Assembly (NCBI RefSeq): GCF_042660085.1
Contig: NZ_JBHSTI010000008.1
Span: forward strand, 390,001 to 422,000
Direction of reading: 5' to 3'
Length of the DNA: 32,000 bases
Source: Longivirga aurantiaca
Lineage (GTDB): Bacteria; Actinomycetota; Actinomycetes; S36-B12; CAIYMF01
The position numbers were made by a program, and so were the translations under genes. Every line of letters starts with the position of its first letter. Positions within the stretch are counted from its first letter, which is position 1. This document shows positions 1-9,863 of this stretch, one piece after another. Under the pieces are notes generated by a model. That model searched no databases and was not told where the DNA came from. It saw nothing but the letters and a program-made list of their open reading frames with translations.

Positions 1-9
1 GCGGCGCCG

Positions 10-1716
10 CTACTTCCTGCTGAGGCCGAACACGCCGGCCAGCACGCCGATCGTGATCAGGATCGTGCGCGCGATCCCAGCTCCGCTCGAGCTGGAGGTC
101 TGCCCGCTGCTGCCGAAGGTCGTGGCTGCCACGAGCAGGATCACGGCCGCGCTGCCGATCATGAGCCACGAGCCTGTGCTGCGGCGCCCGTTCTGGCGCT
201 CCCAGAGGCGGCCCAGCCCGGTGGACGGCGGCGTCGGCGGCAGGGGGATGTCCTCGGGGTTGCGGGCGGTGCGCGGCACGCGCACGCCCGCCGTGGCGGC
301 GTCGACGACGGTGACGATCTGCTCGCCCGACTCCCAGAGCGTGGGCTCCACCGTGACGGTGACGCCGTCGGGCGCGATGAGCACGCGGCGGCCGTCCGGC
401 CAGGCGAGCACCGCGCGGGCGGTGGCGAAGCGGACCGTGGCGTGGACGCCGTCCGCGCGGACCCCGGAGATCCCCTCGGGCGCCACGACCATGCGGTCGG
501 ACCGGCTGTTGCCGCCGATGAGGGCGTGGGACGTGCCCTCGACCGGCTCCTCGGTGGAGAGCTCGGGGGCCGGTTCGGCCTGCCCGGCCGTCAACTCCGC
601 CCCCTCGGGCAACCCGTAGAGGAGCGAGTCGCGCACCGTGCGGGCGAAGGCGTGCACGTCGTCGAGGGTGACCGCCTCAACCTCGGCGATGCGCTGCTGG
701 AGGGGCGTGACTGCGCCGGTCATGAGCAGCTCCATCGCGGCGGTGTAGGCAAGGGCGACGGAGGCGTCCGGGGAGTCCCACAGCTTGCGAGCGTTCGTGC
801 GGTACTCCTCGAGCCGCTCGGACGAGGTGCCGTCGTCGGCGAGCGAGGCGATCGTGCCGGCGAGCACCTGCGCGACCTGGTCGAGGTGCTCGGGGTGCGA
901 GTCGCCCGTGATCCACATGAGCGCCGTGCTGCCGTCGTACGGGTCGTAGTCGACCGTCGGGCTGTAGGCGACGCCGAGCTCGAAGCGGAGCTTGTCGACC
1001 AGCGCGTTCTGGAGCGCGTACGAGTAGGCGACGGCCGCGACGCTGCGCGGCACGGGCGCCAGTGCCGCGACATCCGGGAAGCCGTGGCGGAACCAGGCCG
1101 GTGTGGCGGGGAGCACCTCCTCCAGCGCCGGGACGTCGCGGCGCGGACCGGGCGGCAGGGGCAGCGTGAGGCCGGGCGGCGGCGGTGCGCTGAGCACGAG
1201 GACGGCGTTCTCGCGGGTGAAGCGCTCGGTCGCCCACTGCTGGAGCGCAGCGCCGTCGACGGTGGCGGTGGCGAACTCGTCGAACGACCAGAGCCCCGGC
1301 CCAGCGGGCCCGAACCGCCAGGAGAGCAGTGCCGACGAGGTGCCGTAGCCGCGCTTGCCCGCCTCGGTGTCGAGCACGCGGACCTCGGTCTCGAGCCGGT
1401 CGACCGGGAGTGAGCTGAGCCCGGTGCAGACACCGGTGAGGAAGCGCGCGACCTCCTCCGGCTCTCCCGAGGTGTCGAACGTGGTGACCGACGTCCGCAC
1501 CGATCCGTTCTGGTAGTGCGGCCTCTGGCCCAGCGGGAACAGCGTCAGGTGCTCGACGAGGTGCGTGATGCCGTTCGTCGGCAGCGTCTCGTCGGCCTTG
1601 CCGACGCGGAACGTGAGGGTCGCGCGCAGCGGTCCCGGCTCGTCGGCGTGCACCACCCAGACGTCGTCGACCTTGGTCCAGGACACGCGCGCGCCGGTAC
1701 CGGCTTCCCCCGTCAC
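10..1716 (-). CDS. M16-like (insulinase/pitrilysin-type) zinc peptidase with C-terminal transmembrane segments
   Basis: 568-aa ORF; inverse zinc motif HLVEH in ITHLVEHLTLF; C-terminal hydrophobic stretches SWLMIGSAAVILLVAATTF and ARTILITIGVLAGVFGL. Exact start uncertain. Confidence 0.75.
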   Translation of the reverse strand: MTGEAGTGARVSWTKVDDVWVVHADEPGPLRATLTFRVGKADETLPTNGITHLVEHLTLFPLGQRPHYQNGSVRTSVTTFDTSGEPEEVARFLTGVCTGLSSLPVDRLETEVRVLDTEAGKRGYGTSSALLSWRFGPAGPGLWSFDEFATATVDGAALQQWATERFTRENAVLVLSAPPPPGLTLPLPPGPRRDVPALEEVLPATPAWFRHGFPDVAALAPVPRSVAAVAYSYALQNALVDKLRFELGVAYSPTVDYDPYDGSTALMWITGDSHPEHLDQVAQVLAGTIASLADDGTSSERLEEYRTNARKLWDSPDASVALAYTAAMELLMTGAVTPLQQRIAEVEAVTLDDVHAFARTVRDSLLYGLPEGAELTAGQAEPAPELSTEEPVEGTSHALIGGNSRSDRMVVAPEGISGVRADGVHATVRFATARAVLAWPDGRRVLIAPDGVTVTVEPTLWESGEQIVTVVDAATAGVRVPRTARNPEDIPLPPTPPSTGLGRLWERQNGRRSTGSWLMIGSAAVILLVAATTFGSSGQTSSSSGAGIARTILITIGVLAGVFGLSRK

Positions 1717-1784
1717 ACGGACATTGTCGACCGCGAGTGTTCGACCTTGAGGCAGCGACGCGCTCGATTGCCTAGCCTCGCGGC

Positions 1785-2201
1785 ATGGCCACGTGGGAGG
1801 ACGTCGAGCGGATCGCGCTGTCGCTGCCGCTCGTGCACGAGAAGGACGCAGGCACCGGCTTCGAGGGCTGGCGCGTCTGGAAGATCGAGGGTGCCTCGGG
1901 CAGGCAGGTCGTGTGGGAGCGGCCGATGCGGCCGTCCGACCTGAAGGTGCTCGGCGACGCTGCGCCGACGAAGGAGAGCATCGCCGTGCGCGTGCCCGAC
2001 TTCGAGACCAAGGCGCAGCGGATCGCTGAGATCGCTGCGTGCTTCGACATCCCGCACTTCGCGACGTACACCGGCCTGCTCGTGATCCTCGAGGACGTCG
2101 ACGTGGCCGACCTGCAGGAGCTCGTGGAGGAGTCGTGGCTCGTCGTCGCGCCCAAGCGCGCCGCCAGGCAATGGCTCATCGACAGGAACCCCACCAGCTG
2201 A
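1785..2201 (+). CDS. MmcQ/YjbR family protein
   Basis: 138-aa ORF; pattern LSLPLVHEKDAGTGFEGWRVWKI ... ESWLVVAPKRAARQW typical of YjbR-like proteins; TAGCCT 6 nt before ATG. Confidence 0.7.
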   Translation: MATWEDVERIALSLPLVHEKDAGTGFEGWRVWKIEGASGRQVVWERPMRPSDLKVLGDAAPTKESIAVRVPDFETKAQRIAEIAACFDIPHFATYTGLLVILEDVDVADLQELVEESWLVVAPKRAARQWLIDRNPTS

Positions 2202-2253
2202 CGCTGATCAATCCGTTGCTTCCCGGGTGCCGAAGCAACGGATTGATCAGCGT
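2201..2253. terminator. Perfect 22-bp inverted repeat (9-nt loop) overlapping the stop codon of the YjbR-like gene; possible terminator or palindromic repeat
   Basis: ACGCTGATCAATCCGTTGCTTC (2201-2222) / CCGGGTGCC / GAAGCAACGGATTGATCAGCGT (2232-2253); no following T-tract. Confidence 0.6.
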
Positions 2254-2326
2254 GAGCGAGGTGGGTGGGGTGGCCACTCGGCCGTCGGGCCACCGATCGC
2301 CAGGCGCGACGGACTAGCCTTTCAGC

Positions 2327-3013
2327 ATGACCGAGACGCCGCAGGACCCTGTCGAGGCAGCCCTGCGGCTCCGGGCGTCCGACGCCGACCGGGAGAAGGT
2401 GGCAGGCCTCCTGCGCGACGCGTACGCCGAGGGCAGGCTCTCACCGGTCGAGCACGAGGAGCGCCTCGCCGAGGTGTACGCGGCCACGACGTACGCCGAG
2501 CTCGTGCCGGTGCTGCACGACCTCCCTGTGCCTCCGGGGGTCCTGACGCTGCCCGGCATGTCGAACGCCGTGGCGCTCACGCAGCCGGCGCAGGTCGCCG
2601 TCCCGGGGACTGGCCGGGGGCTGTCGGTCGACCCGGCCCGCGCCGATCAGGCCCAGGGTGTCGCGATCGCCGTGTGGAGCGGGGTCGAGCGCCGCGGAGC
2701 CTGGGTGGTGCCCGAGACGCAGGTCTGCGTCGCCGTCATGGGCGGCATCGAGCTCGACCTGTCCGAGGCGGTGCTGACCGCGCGCGAGACCACGTTCACC
2801 GTCTTCGCGCTCATGGGCGGAGTGGAGGTCGTCGTGCCCGAGGGCGTCGCCGTGCGCATGGACGCCGTCGGCTTCATGGGGGGCACCGCCGGGCCCGCGG
2901 ACATCGCCCCGCCGGGAGCGCCCAGCATCCGCATCACCGGTCTCGCGGTCATGGGCGGCATCGAGGTGAAGCGCCCGAAGAACAAGGGCGCCAAGGCGAT
3001 CTCAGGATCCTGA
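2327..3013 (+). CDS. DUF1707 domain-containing protein with LiaF-like C-terminal domain
   Basis: LRASDADREKVAGLLRDAYAEGRLSPVEHEERLAEVYAATTYAEL signature; C-terminal repeated VMGGIE/ALMGGVEVVVP motifs. Confidence 0.85.
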   Translation: MTETPQDPVEAALRLRASDADREKVAGLLRDAYAEGRLSPVEHEERLAEVYAATTYAELVPVLHDLPVPPGVLTLPGMSNAVALTQPAQVAVPGTGRGLSVDPARADQAQGVAIAVWSGVERRGAWVVPETQVCVAVMGGIELDLSEAVLTARETTFTVFALMGGVEVVVPEGVAVRMDAVGFMGGTAGPADIAPPGAPSIRITGLAVMGGIEVKRPKNKGAKAISGS

Positions 3014-3028
3014 GCCGGACACGTCGGC

Positions 3029-3997
3029 TCAGAGCCTGACCACGATCTTGCCCACGTGCTGCTGCGCGACGAGGCGTCGGAACGCGTCGGGAACGTCGTC
3101 CAGATCCACCACGCTGTCGATCACCGGCGCCACCGCGCCTGATTCAAGCAGCGGGCGCAGGTAGGCGAGGTCCCGGCGGTCGTTCGCCCGCCACATCGGC
3201 ATGTGCACGCGCCGGTCGCCCAGCGCGCTCAGCACCGAGCCTGTGGTCACCGCGCTGAGCATCGGACGCTTCTGGCCGCCGAGCACCGAGCAGACGCCGC
3301 CGCCTGCGAGCGCCCGGTGGTAGTCGCGCGCGCGGCGGTGCGCGGAGATCTCGACGATCGCGTCGTAGGCCCCCGGCGTGCTCGTGAAGTCCTCGGTGGC
3401 GTAGTCGACGACGCGGTGCGCCCCGAGCGCGCGCAGGGCGTCGAGCTTCCACGCCGCGTCGACGGCGGAGACGTGCGCCCCGGCGGCCACGGCGATCTGG
3501 ACGGCGAAGGTGCCGACACCGCCCCCGGCACCGTTCACAGCGATGCGCTGCCCCGGTGCGAGGGGCTGGGCGGCGCGAAGCCCCGTGACCGCGAGCCCGG
3601 CGGCCTGCGGCACGGCGGCTGCCTGCTCGAGCGAGAGGCCCGCGGGGACGGCGCTCCACGCCGACGCCGGGGCCACGGCGTACTCCGCGAATGCGCCGAA
3701 GCCGTGGGGCGACAGGTCGGCCATGACCTCGTCGCCGGGGTCGATGCCCACGACGTCGGGCGCGACGGCATCCACCACGCCGGCCACGTCGGAGCCGAGC
3801 ACCCGGTGCCGCGGTCGGAACGGTGCGATGGCGCGGTTGAGGGGCTCGCCCCGGAGGAGGTCGCGGTCCCAGTCGTTGATCGAGCTCGCGACCACGCGCA
3901 CCCGGACCTCGCCGGGGCCCACTCCCGGCTGCTCGACGTCCTCGACGCGGAGCTCGTCGGGCGTGCCGTAGCGGTCGTAGACGAGGGCGCGCATCAC
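3029..3997 (-). CDS. NAD(P)-dependent quinone/zinc-type alcohol oxidoreductase (MDR superfamily)
   Basis: 322-aa ORF; VYDRYGTPDELRVEDVEQPGVGPGEVRVRV; VNGAGGGVGTFAVQIA nucleotide-binding motif. Confidence 0.9.
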   Translation of the reverse strand: MMRALVYDRYGTPDELRVEDVEQPGVGPGEVRVRVVASSINDWDRDLLRGEPLNRAIAPFRPRHRVLGSDVAGVVDAVAPDVVGIDPGDEVMADLSPHGFGAFAEYAVAPASAWSAVPAGLSLEQAAAVPQAAGLAVTGLRAAQPLAPGQRIAVNGAGGGVGTFAVQIAVAAGAHVSAVDAAWKLDALRALGAHRVVDYATEDFTSTPGAYDAIVEISAHRRARDYHRALAGGGVCSVLGGQKRPMLSAVTTGSVLSALGDRRVHMPMWRANDRRDLAYLRPLLESGAVAPVIDSVVDLDDVPDAFRRLVAQQHVGKIVVRL

Positions 3998-4086
3998 GCT
4001 GAGCAGAGTCTCGTCATGCGGTCAGTCTGGCCGAGGCGGCGACGGTCGGGTGCCGTTTCCCGGCACGCCCGCCGTACGGCGACGGC

Positions 4087-5097
4087 TCAGTGCGAGTCGA
4101 AGTCGACGCTGGCGTAGGTGCGGAGCTTGGCGAAGGAGTGCTCGCTCTTCACCTCGCGGATCGTCCCGCTCTTGCTGCGCATGACGATCGAGTGCGTGGT
4201 CGGGTTGCCGCCCTTGAAGCGCACACCGTCCATGAGCTCTCCGTCGGTGATGCCGGTCGCGACGAAGAAGACGTTGTCGCCCGTCACGAGGTCGTCGGCG
4301 TGCAGCACCCGGTCGAGGTCGTGGCCGGCGTCGAGCGCGCGGCGGCGCTCGGCGTCGTCCTTCGGCCAGAGCTTGCCCTGGATGGCGCCGCCCATGCACT
4401 TGATCGCGCAGGCGGTGATGATGCCCTCCGGCGTGCCGCCGATGCCGAGCAGCAGGTCGATGCCGGTGCCCTCGCGCGCGGCCATGATCGCGCCGGCGAC
4501 GTCGCCGTCGGAGATGAACTTGATGCGGGCGCCCGCCTCGCGGACCTCGCGCACGATGCCCTCGTGGCGGGGGCGGTCGAGGATCACGACGGTGAGGTCC
4601 TCGACGCTCTCCGACTTGGCCCTGGCGACCTTCTTTAGGTTGTCGAGGATCGGTGCCTCGATGTCGACGACGTCGGCAGCGGCCGGCCCGGTGACGAGCT
4701 TCTCCATGTAGAACACGGCGGACGGGTCGTACATCGTGTGGCGCTCGGACACCGCGAGGACGGCGATCGCGTTGGGCATGCCCTTCGCACACAGCGTCGT
4801 GCCGTCGATCGGGTCGACGGCGACGTCGACCTCCGCGCCCGTGCCGTCGCCCACGGCCTCGCCGTTGAACAGCATCGGGGCTTCGTCCTTCTCGCCCTCG
4901 CCGATGACCACGACGCCCTGCATCGACACCGACTGCACGAGCGCGCGCATCGCGTTGACCGCGGCGCCGTCGGACCCGTTCTTGTCGCCGCGCCCGACCC
5001 AGCGGGCGGCGGCCATGGCCGCGGCCTCGGTCACGCGGACGAGCTCCAGGGCAAGGTTGCGGTCAGGAGCCTCCGGGCTCCGGTGGACGTCGCTCAT
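4087..5097 (-). CDS. glpX: Class II fructose-1,6-bisphosphatase
   Basis: [51 protein letters not shown] ... [16 protein letters not shown] ... DPIDGTT. Start placed at 5097 inside a longer ORF. Confidence 0.97.
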   Translation of the reverse strand: MSDVHRSPEAPDRNLALELVRVTEAAAMAAARWVGRGDKNGSDGAAVNAMRALVQSVSMQGVVVIGEGEKDEAPMLFNGEAVGDGTGAEVDVAVDPIDGTTLCAKGMPNAIAVLAVSERHTMYDPSAVFYMEKLVTGPAAADVVDIEAPILDNLKKVARAKSESVEDLTVVILDRPRHEGIVREVREAGARIKFISDGDVAGAIMAAREGTGIDLLLGIGGTPEGIITACAIKCMGGAIQGKLWPKDDAERRRALDAGHDLDRVLHADDLVTGDNVFFVATGITDGELMDGVRFKGGNPTTHSIVMRSKSGTIREVKSEHSFAKLRTYASVDFDSH

Positions 5098-5211
5098 CGC
5101 ATGCGCTCCCGAGATCGTCGTGTGCCCCGACCCTAGCCGCGGCATGTCCCGGTCCGGTGAGGTACGCCGAGTGCATCCCGTCACGCGGCCCGGGAGTCCT
5201 ACTGTCTGCAC

Positions 5212-5622
5212 GTGACGCACTACCGGGTGAGCGAGGCGGCAGCGCTGCTGGGTGTCAGCGACGACACCGTGCGGCGGTGGATCGACGCCGGTCGGCTCCC
5301 GGCCGTCCGCGACCACGCGGGCCGGTGGCAGCTCGTCGGTCGCGACCTCGCCGAGGTCGCCCAGGCCGAGGCCGTGCCGCCGGAGGTGCCCGGCATGCCG
5401 GCGTCGTCGTCGGGCAACCGGATGGCCGGCATCGTGACGCGGGTGGACCGCGACGGGCTGCTCGCCCGGGTGGAGATCCAGGCGGGGCCGTTCCGCGTCG
5501 TGAGCGTGATGGCGGCCGAGGTGGTGGACGAGCTCGGGCTCGAGCCGGGCTCCTTGGCCGTGGCCTCGGTGCCGTCGACACATGTGACCGTCGAGGTGCC
5601 CCGCCGCGGTTCGCGCGGATGA
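5212..5622 (+). CDS. HTH (MerR/excisionase-type) plus TOBE domain molybdopterin-binding-like protein
   Basis: [40 protein letters not shown] followed by a MopI-like TOBE segment; GTG start. Confidence 0.8.
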   Translation: MTHYRVSEAAALLGVSDDTVRRWIDAGRLPAVRDHAGRWQLVGRDLAEVAQAEAVPPEVPGMPASSSGNRMAGIVTRVDRDGLLARVEIQAGPFRVVSVMAAEVVDELGLEPGSLAVASVPSTHVTVEVPRRGSRG

Positions 5623-5644
5623 CGGCGTACCTGACAATGGTCAC

Positions 5645-6265
5645 GTGAGCGAGCAGTCCGAGGCGGCGACGGCGCCCGAGGTGCCGGTGCGGCCGGAGCC
5701 GGCCGACGACCCTGCTGCGGTTGCCGCAGACCGTGAGGCGCGGCAGAAGAAGAGGCTGCGCCAGACCGTCCGCGACATGGTGCTCTCGATGCTCGTCGTG
5801 ACGGGCGTGGTCGTGTTCCTCGTCGCGCCGTGGAACTGGCGTACGCCGGACCCGGTCAAGGAGGTCGACGCAGCGCCGGTGATCGCGGGGGCCCGCGAGG
5901 CGTTCGACTGGCCGGTGCTCGCGCCGCTCGACCTGCCGGCCACCTGGCGGGCGACGAGCGCCCGCGTCGAGACTGCCGACGACGGCCAGCCCGTGGTCGT
6001 GCTCGGATGGGTGAGCCCGGCCACGGAGTACGTCGGCCTGCAGCAGTCGCCGACGAAGATCACCGACTTCGTGCCCGATGTGACGCTCAAGGGCGTCCAG
6101 CAGGACGACGTCGTCCTCGGCACCCTGACCTGGACGCGCTACGTCAACGCCGACGAGACCAGGCGCTCGCTGGCGCGCACCGACGCCGGCATCACCTACG
6201 TCGTGACCGGCACCGGTCCGTGGGACGAGATCGAGGGCTTCACCCGGACCCTGCGCGCCGGCTGA
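5645..6265 (+). CDS. DUF4245-like single-pass membrane protein
   Basis: 206-aa ORF with one N-terminal TM (MVLSMLVVTGVVVFLVAPWNWRTPDPVKEVD) and extracytoplasmic WRATSARVE ... WVSPATEYVGLQQS segment. Confidence 0.65.
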   Translation: MSEQSEAATAPEVPVRPEPADDPAAVAADREARQKKRLRQTVRDMVLSMLVVTGVVVFLVAPWNWRTPDPVKEVDAAPVIAGAREAFDWPVLAPLDLPATWRATSARVETADDGQPVVVLGWVSPATEYVGLQQSPTKITDFVPDVTLKGVQQDDVVLGTLTWTRYVNADETRRSLARTDAGITYVVTGTGPWDEIEGFTRTLRAG

Positions 6266-6286
6266 CCGCCGTACGGACTCGAGCTG

Positions 6287-6334
6287 CTGCCCGGAGTGGG
6301 GCTTTGAGGCGCGCCATCACCCCACCGTGGGCAG
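6287..6334. terminator. Probable bidirectional terminator hairpin between convergent genes
   Basis: CTGCCCGGAGTGGGG (6287-6301) and CCCCACCGTGGGCAG (6320-6334) pair with two mismatches and one G-U; lies between converging ORFs. Confidence 0.55.
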
Positions 6335-6346
6335 TAACTCGCGGCG

Positions 6347-6559
6347 TCAGCTCTCGGCGGGCGGGGGAGTGCGGGCGGCGTCGAGGCGGGCGCGCGCGGA
6401 GTCGAGCCAGGTCTGGCAGATCGTCGCGAGCTCCTCGCCGCGCTCCCAGAGCGCGAGCGACTCCTCCAGCGTGGTGCCGCCGGCCTCGAGCCGGCGCACG
6501 ACGTCGGCCAGCTCGTCCCGGGCCTCTTCGAACGACGGCGTGCTCTCGGCTGCGGTCAT
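6347..6559 (-). CDS. xseB: Exodeoxyribonuclease VII small subunit
   Basis: [52 protein letters not shown]; directly downstream of xseA. Confidence 0.95.
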   Translation of the reverse strand: MTAAESTPSFEEARDELADVVRRLEAGGTTLEESLALWERGEELATICQTWLDSARARLDAARTPPPAES

Positions 6560-6568
6560 GACGCGAGC

Positions 6569-7783
6569 CTAGGACGCCGGCTCGCGGCGGGCGCGCAGCT
6601 CGCCCTCGGCCACCCGCACCCGCAGCAGCGCGCCGGCCGCGACGTCGTCGGCCACGCGGATCACGGCACCGGCCTCGTCCTGGACGACGGCGTACCCGCG
6701 CTCGAGGGTCGCGGCGGGCGAGAGGGCCCGCACCCGTGCCCGCACGTGCGTGATGTCGTCTCCGGCCCGGTCGAGGCGGTGCCCGAGGACGAGGCGGCTG
6801 CGGTCGACCAGGGCCGCCACCTCGTCGCCGCGACGTGTGACGAGCACCGAGGGGTCGGCGAGGACCGGCCGGGCCCGCGCGGAGGCGAGCCAGGTGGACG
6901 CCGCCTGCAGCTGGCCGCGCACCGCGCGGTCGGCTCGCTCGCGCAGGTCGCGCACCCGCCGGGCCTCCTCGGCCATGTCGGGCACGATCCGCTTGGCGGC
7001 GTCGGTGGGGGTCGAGGCGCGCCAGTCGGCCACGAGGTCGAGCAGCGGGGAGTCCTTCTCGTGGCCGATCGCCGAGACGACCGGCGTGAGGCAGGCGGCG
7101 ACCGTGCGGACGAGGCCCTCGTCGGAGAACGGAAGGAGGTCCTCGACCGAGCCGCCGCCGCGCGTGACCACGATGACGTCGACCTCGGGCATCGCGTCGA
7201 GCTCGCGCACCGCGGCCGTCACCTCGCTGACGGCCTTCACGCCCTGCACCGCCACCTCGCGGATCTCGAACACGACGCCGGGCCAGCGGCGTCGGGCGTT
7301 CTCGACGACGTCGCGCTCGGCGTCGCTGGCACGACCGCACACGAGCCCCACGCGGCGGGGCAGGAACGGCAGCGGCCGCTTGCGGTCGGCGGCGAACAGG
7401 CCCTCGGCCGCGAGGAGGTTCTTGCGCGCCTCGAGCTGGGCGAGCAGCTCGCCGAGGCCGACGGCGCGGATCTCGGCCGCGCGGAAGGCGAGCGTGCCGC
7501 GGGCGACGTAGTACTCCGGCTTGGCGTGCAGGATCACGCGCTGGCCCTCGGCGAGCGGCGGCACGCACGCGTCGAGCACGCGCGGCGTCGCGGTGACGGT
7601 GATCGAGACGTTGGCCTCGGTGTCGCGCAGGGTCAGGAAGGCCAGGCCCGCACCAGGACGCCGGGTGAGCTGGGCGACCTGGCCCTCGAGCCACACCGCG
7701 CCGAGGCGGGCGACGTAGCCCTCGAGCGCCATCGCGATCGTGCGGACGGCGGCCGGACGCTCCGGCGAGGTGTCGAGGGCCAC
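6569..7783 (-). CDS. xseA: Exodeoxyribonuclease VII large subunit
   Basis: 404-aa ORF; [25 protein letters not shown] ... [24 protein letters not shown] ... [17 protein letters not shown]; GTG start. Confidence 0.96.
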   Translation of the reverse strand: MALDTSPERPAAVRTIAMALEGYVARLGAVWLEGQVAQLTRRPGAGLAFLTLRDTEANVSITVTATPRVLDACVPPLAEGQRVILHAKPEYYVARGTLAFRAAEIRAVGLGELLAQLEARKNLLAAEGLFAADRKRPLPFLPRRVGLVCGRASDAERDVVENARRRWPGVVFEIREVAVQGVKAVSEVTAAVRELDAMPEVDVIVVTRGGGSVEDLLPFSDEGLVRTVAACLTPVVSAIGHEKDSPLLDLVADWRASTPTDAAKRIVPDMAEEARRVRDLRERADRAVRGQLQAASTWLASARARPVLADPSVLVTRRGDEVAALVDRSRLVLGHRLDRAGDDITHVRARVRALSPAATLERGYAVVQDEAGAVIRVADDVAAGALLRVRVAEGELRARREPAS

Positions 7784-7870
7784 AGGCGGAGCCTAGGCCG
7801 CCGCACCCACGGAGTCCGCGAGCGGCTGCGCGGGGAGGCCGCCCGCGCGGAGCCGACCTACGATGGGCGG

Positions 7871-8866
7871 GTGACCGACTCCACGAGCGCCCCGACGTCC
7901 GACGCCGCCCCCGCGCGCAAGGTGCTGCTCGCAGCCCCCCGCGGCTACTGCGCGGGTGTCGACCGCGCCGTGATCACGGTGGAGAAGGCGCTCGAGCTCT
8001 ACGGCGCCCCGGTATACGTCCGCAAGGAGATCGTCCACAACAAGCACGTGGTCGAGACCCTGCAGGCGCGCGGCGCGGTCTTCGTCGAGGAGACCGAGGA
8101 GGTGCCCGAGGGCTCGATCGTGGTCTTCAGCGCACATGGCGTCGCGCCGTCGGTGCACGAGGAGGCCGCCCAGCGGAACCTGCGCACGATCGACGCCACC
8201 TGCCCCCTCGTGACGAAGGTGCACCAGGAGGCCCGCCGGTTCGCCGACGAGGGCTACCGCATCCTGCTCATCGGCCACGAGGGCCACGAGGAGGTCGTGG
8301 GCACGTCGGGCGAGGCGCCCGAGGCCATCACGATCGTCGATGGACCGTCGCACGCGGACGACGTCGAGATCGCCGAGGGCGAGAAGGTCGTCTGGCTGTC
8401 GCAGACGACCCTGTCGGTCGACGAGACGATCGAGACCGTCGACCGCCTGCGCGCACGGCTGCCGATCCTCATGGACCCCCCCAGCGACGACATCTGCTAC
8501 GCCACGCAGAACCGTCAGGTCGCCGTGAAGGACATCGCGTCGCGCTGCGACGTCCTGGTCGTGGTCGGCTCGGGCAACTCGTCGAACTCCGTGCGCCTGG
8601 TCGAGGTCGGGCTGGACGCCGGCGCCGCTGCGGCGTACCGCGTCGATGCGGCGAGCGAGCTGCAGGAGTCGTGGTTCGACGGCGCCGGGACGATCGGCGT
8701 GACGAGCGGCGCCTCGGTGCCGGAGATCCTCGTGGACGGCGTGCTCGAGTGGCTGGCCGCGCGCGGCTACGGCGACGTCGAGGAGGTGCACTCCGCGGAG
8801 GAGCACCTGCAGTTCGCGCTGCCGCCGGAGCTGCGCCGCGACCTCAAGGCCGCCGGCAAGAGCTGA
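7871..8866 (+). CDS. ispH: 4-hydroxy-3-methylbut-2-enyl diphosphate reductase
   Basis: [28 protein letters not shown] ... [13 protein letters not shown] ... [16 protein letters not shown]; GTG start at 7871 chosen inside a longer ORF. Confidence 0.97.
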   Translation: MTDSTSAPTSDAAPARKVLLAAPRGYCAGVDRAVITVEKALELYGAPVYVRKEIVHNKHVVETLQARGAVFVEETEEVPEGSIVVFSAHGVAPSVHEEAAQRNLRTIDATCPLVTKVHQEARRFADEGYRILLIGHEGHEEVVGTSGEAPEAITIVDGPSHADDVEIAEGEKVVWLSQTTLSVDETIETVDRLRARLPILMDPPSDDICYATQNRQVAVKDIASRCDVLVVVGSGNSSNSVRLVEVGLDAGAAAAYRVDAASELQESWFDGAGTIGVTSGASVPEILVDGVLEWLAARGYGDVEEVHSAEEHLQFALPPELRRDLKAAGKS

Positions 8867-8939
8867 CCGATCGAGCGCCGGCACTCTCGTTCACGGGAAG
8901 GCGTGTCCGGCCCGTGCGGGCTCGAGGCGGCGTGGCGCG

Positions 8940-9863
8940 TCAGGCGTGGGACGTCGTCGCGCGCCGACGGCGCACGATCACGATGACGAGGCAGATCAGC
9001 GTGGTGCCGACGATCCACGGAGCGTTCTGCGCCAGCGTCTTGAGGATCATGTAGCCCTCGCGCACCACGAGCGATCCCGCGGGGTCGAGGGTGAGCTGGC
9101 CGGCGGTGAGGGTCGCGGCGAGGAACGCGAGCGGCGGGATGATGGCCGCGGCCCAGATGTCGGCCGGGCGCACGAGCAGCGCGCAGTAGACCGACGAGAC
9201 CAGCAGCGCGATCCCGGTGATGATGCCGAGGCTGTCGTTGATGAGGGCGTCGGCGAACCCGACGAGGATCGTGCCCAGCATCACCACGACGACGACGCCG
9301 CTCCAGGTGAGGCCGCTGCCGCCCTGGGTGGCGGGCTGCTTCTGCGGGCGGGCCCGGGCAGCGGCGGCTGCTGCCGCGGCCTGCTCGGCCTCGCGCGCGG
9401 CCAGGTAGTCGGGGTCGATCGCCGGGATCGCGTCCATCGTGGCCGGGCCTTCGGCGCCGGACGAGCGGTAGAGACGACCGGTGACCGCCGGTGCGGCGGT
9501 GGTCACGACGGCGGGGACGTCGTCCATGGGCTCGGGCTCGCGGACCGGCGCGCGGGTCGGCGGCGGCGTCCAGCGCTCCTCGGCCTGCGCCTCGAACCCG
9601 GCCACGCCCGCGGGCGCCACGGGGACGTCAGGCTCGTCCTGGGCGGGCTCGTCGTCGGCCTCGGTCGATGCGGGCACCTGGTCGCCCACCACGGCTGCGA
9701 TCTCGCCGGTGGTGGCGGGCACGCCGTCGTACGACGGGTCATGGTCGGGATCCGCGGCAGGGGCTGCGGCAGCGGCGGGCGCGGACTCGCCGGGCTCGGG
9801 ATCGTCGAACAGGTCGCCGAAGGACGGCACTGCCGCCTCGGGACGTCCGTTCTCCGTGCTCAC
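8940..9863 (-). CDS. DUF6542-like membrane protein with long Pro/Ala-rich N-terminus
   Basis: C-terminal hydrophobic domain GSGLTWSGVVVVVMLGTILVGFADALINDSLGIITGIALLVSSVYCALLVRPADIWAAAIIPPLAFL; GTG at 9863 overlaps the rmuC stop as GTGA (ORF track extends to 9872). Confidence 0.65.
   Translation of the reverse strand: MSTENGRPEAAVPSFGDLFDDPEPGESAPAAAAAPAADPDHDPSYDGVPATTGEIAAVVGDQVPASTEADDEPAQDEPDVPVAPAGVAGFEAQAEERWTPPPTRAPVREPEPMDDVPAVVTTAAPAVTGRLYRSSGAEGPATMDAIPAIDPDYLAAREAEQAAAAAAAARARPQKQPATQGGSGLTWSGVVVVVMLGTILVGFADALINDSLGIITGIALLVSSVYCALLVRPADIWAAAIIPPLAFLAATLTAGQLTLDPAGSLVVREGYMILKTLAQNAPWIVGTTLICLVIVIVRRRRATTSHA

Noticed and set aside
8867-8939. Possible terminator between ispH and the DUF6542-like gene (GCCCG-TG-CGGGC)
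   Set aside because: Only a 5-bp arm; too weak to list.
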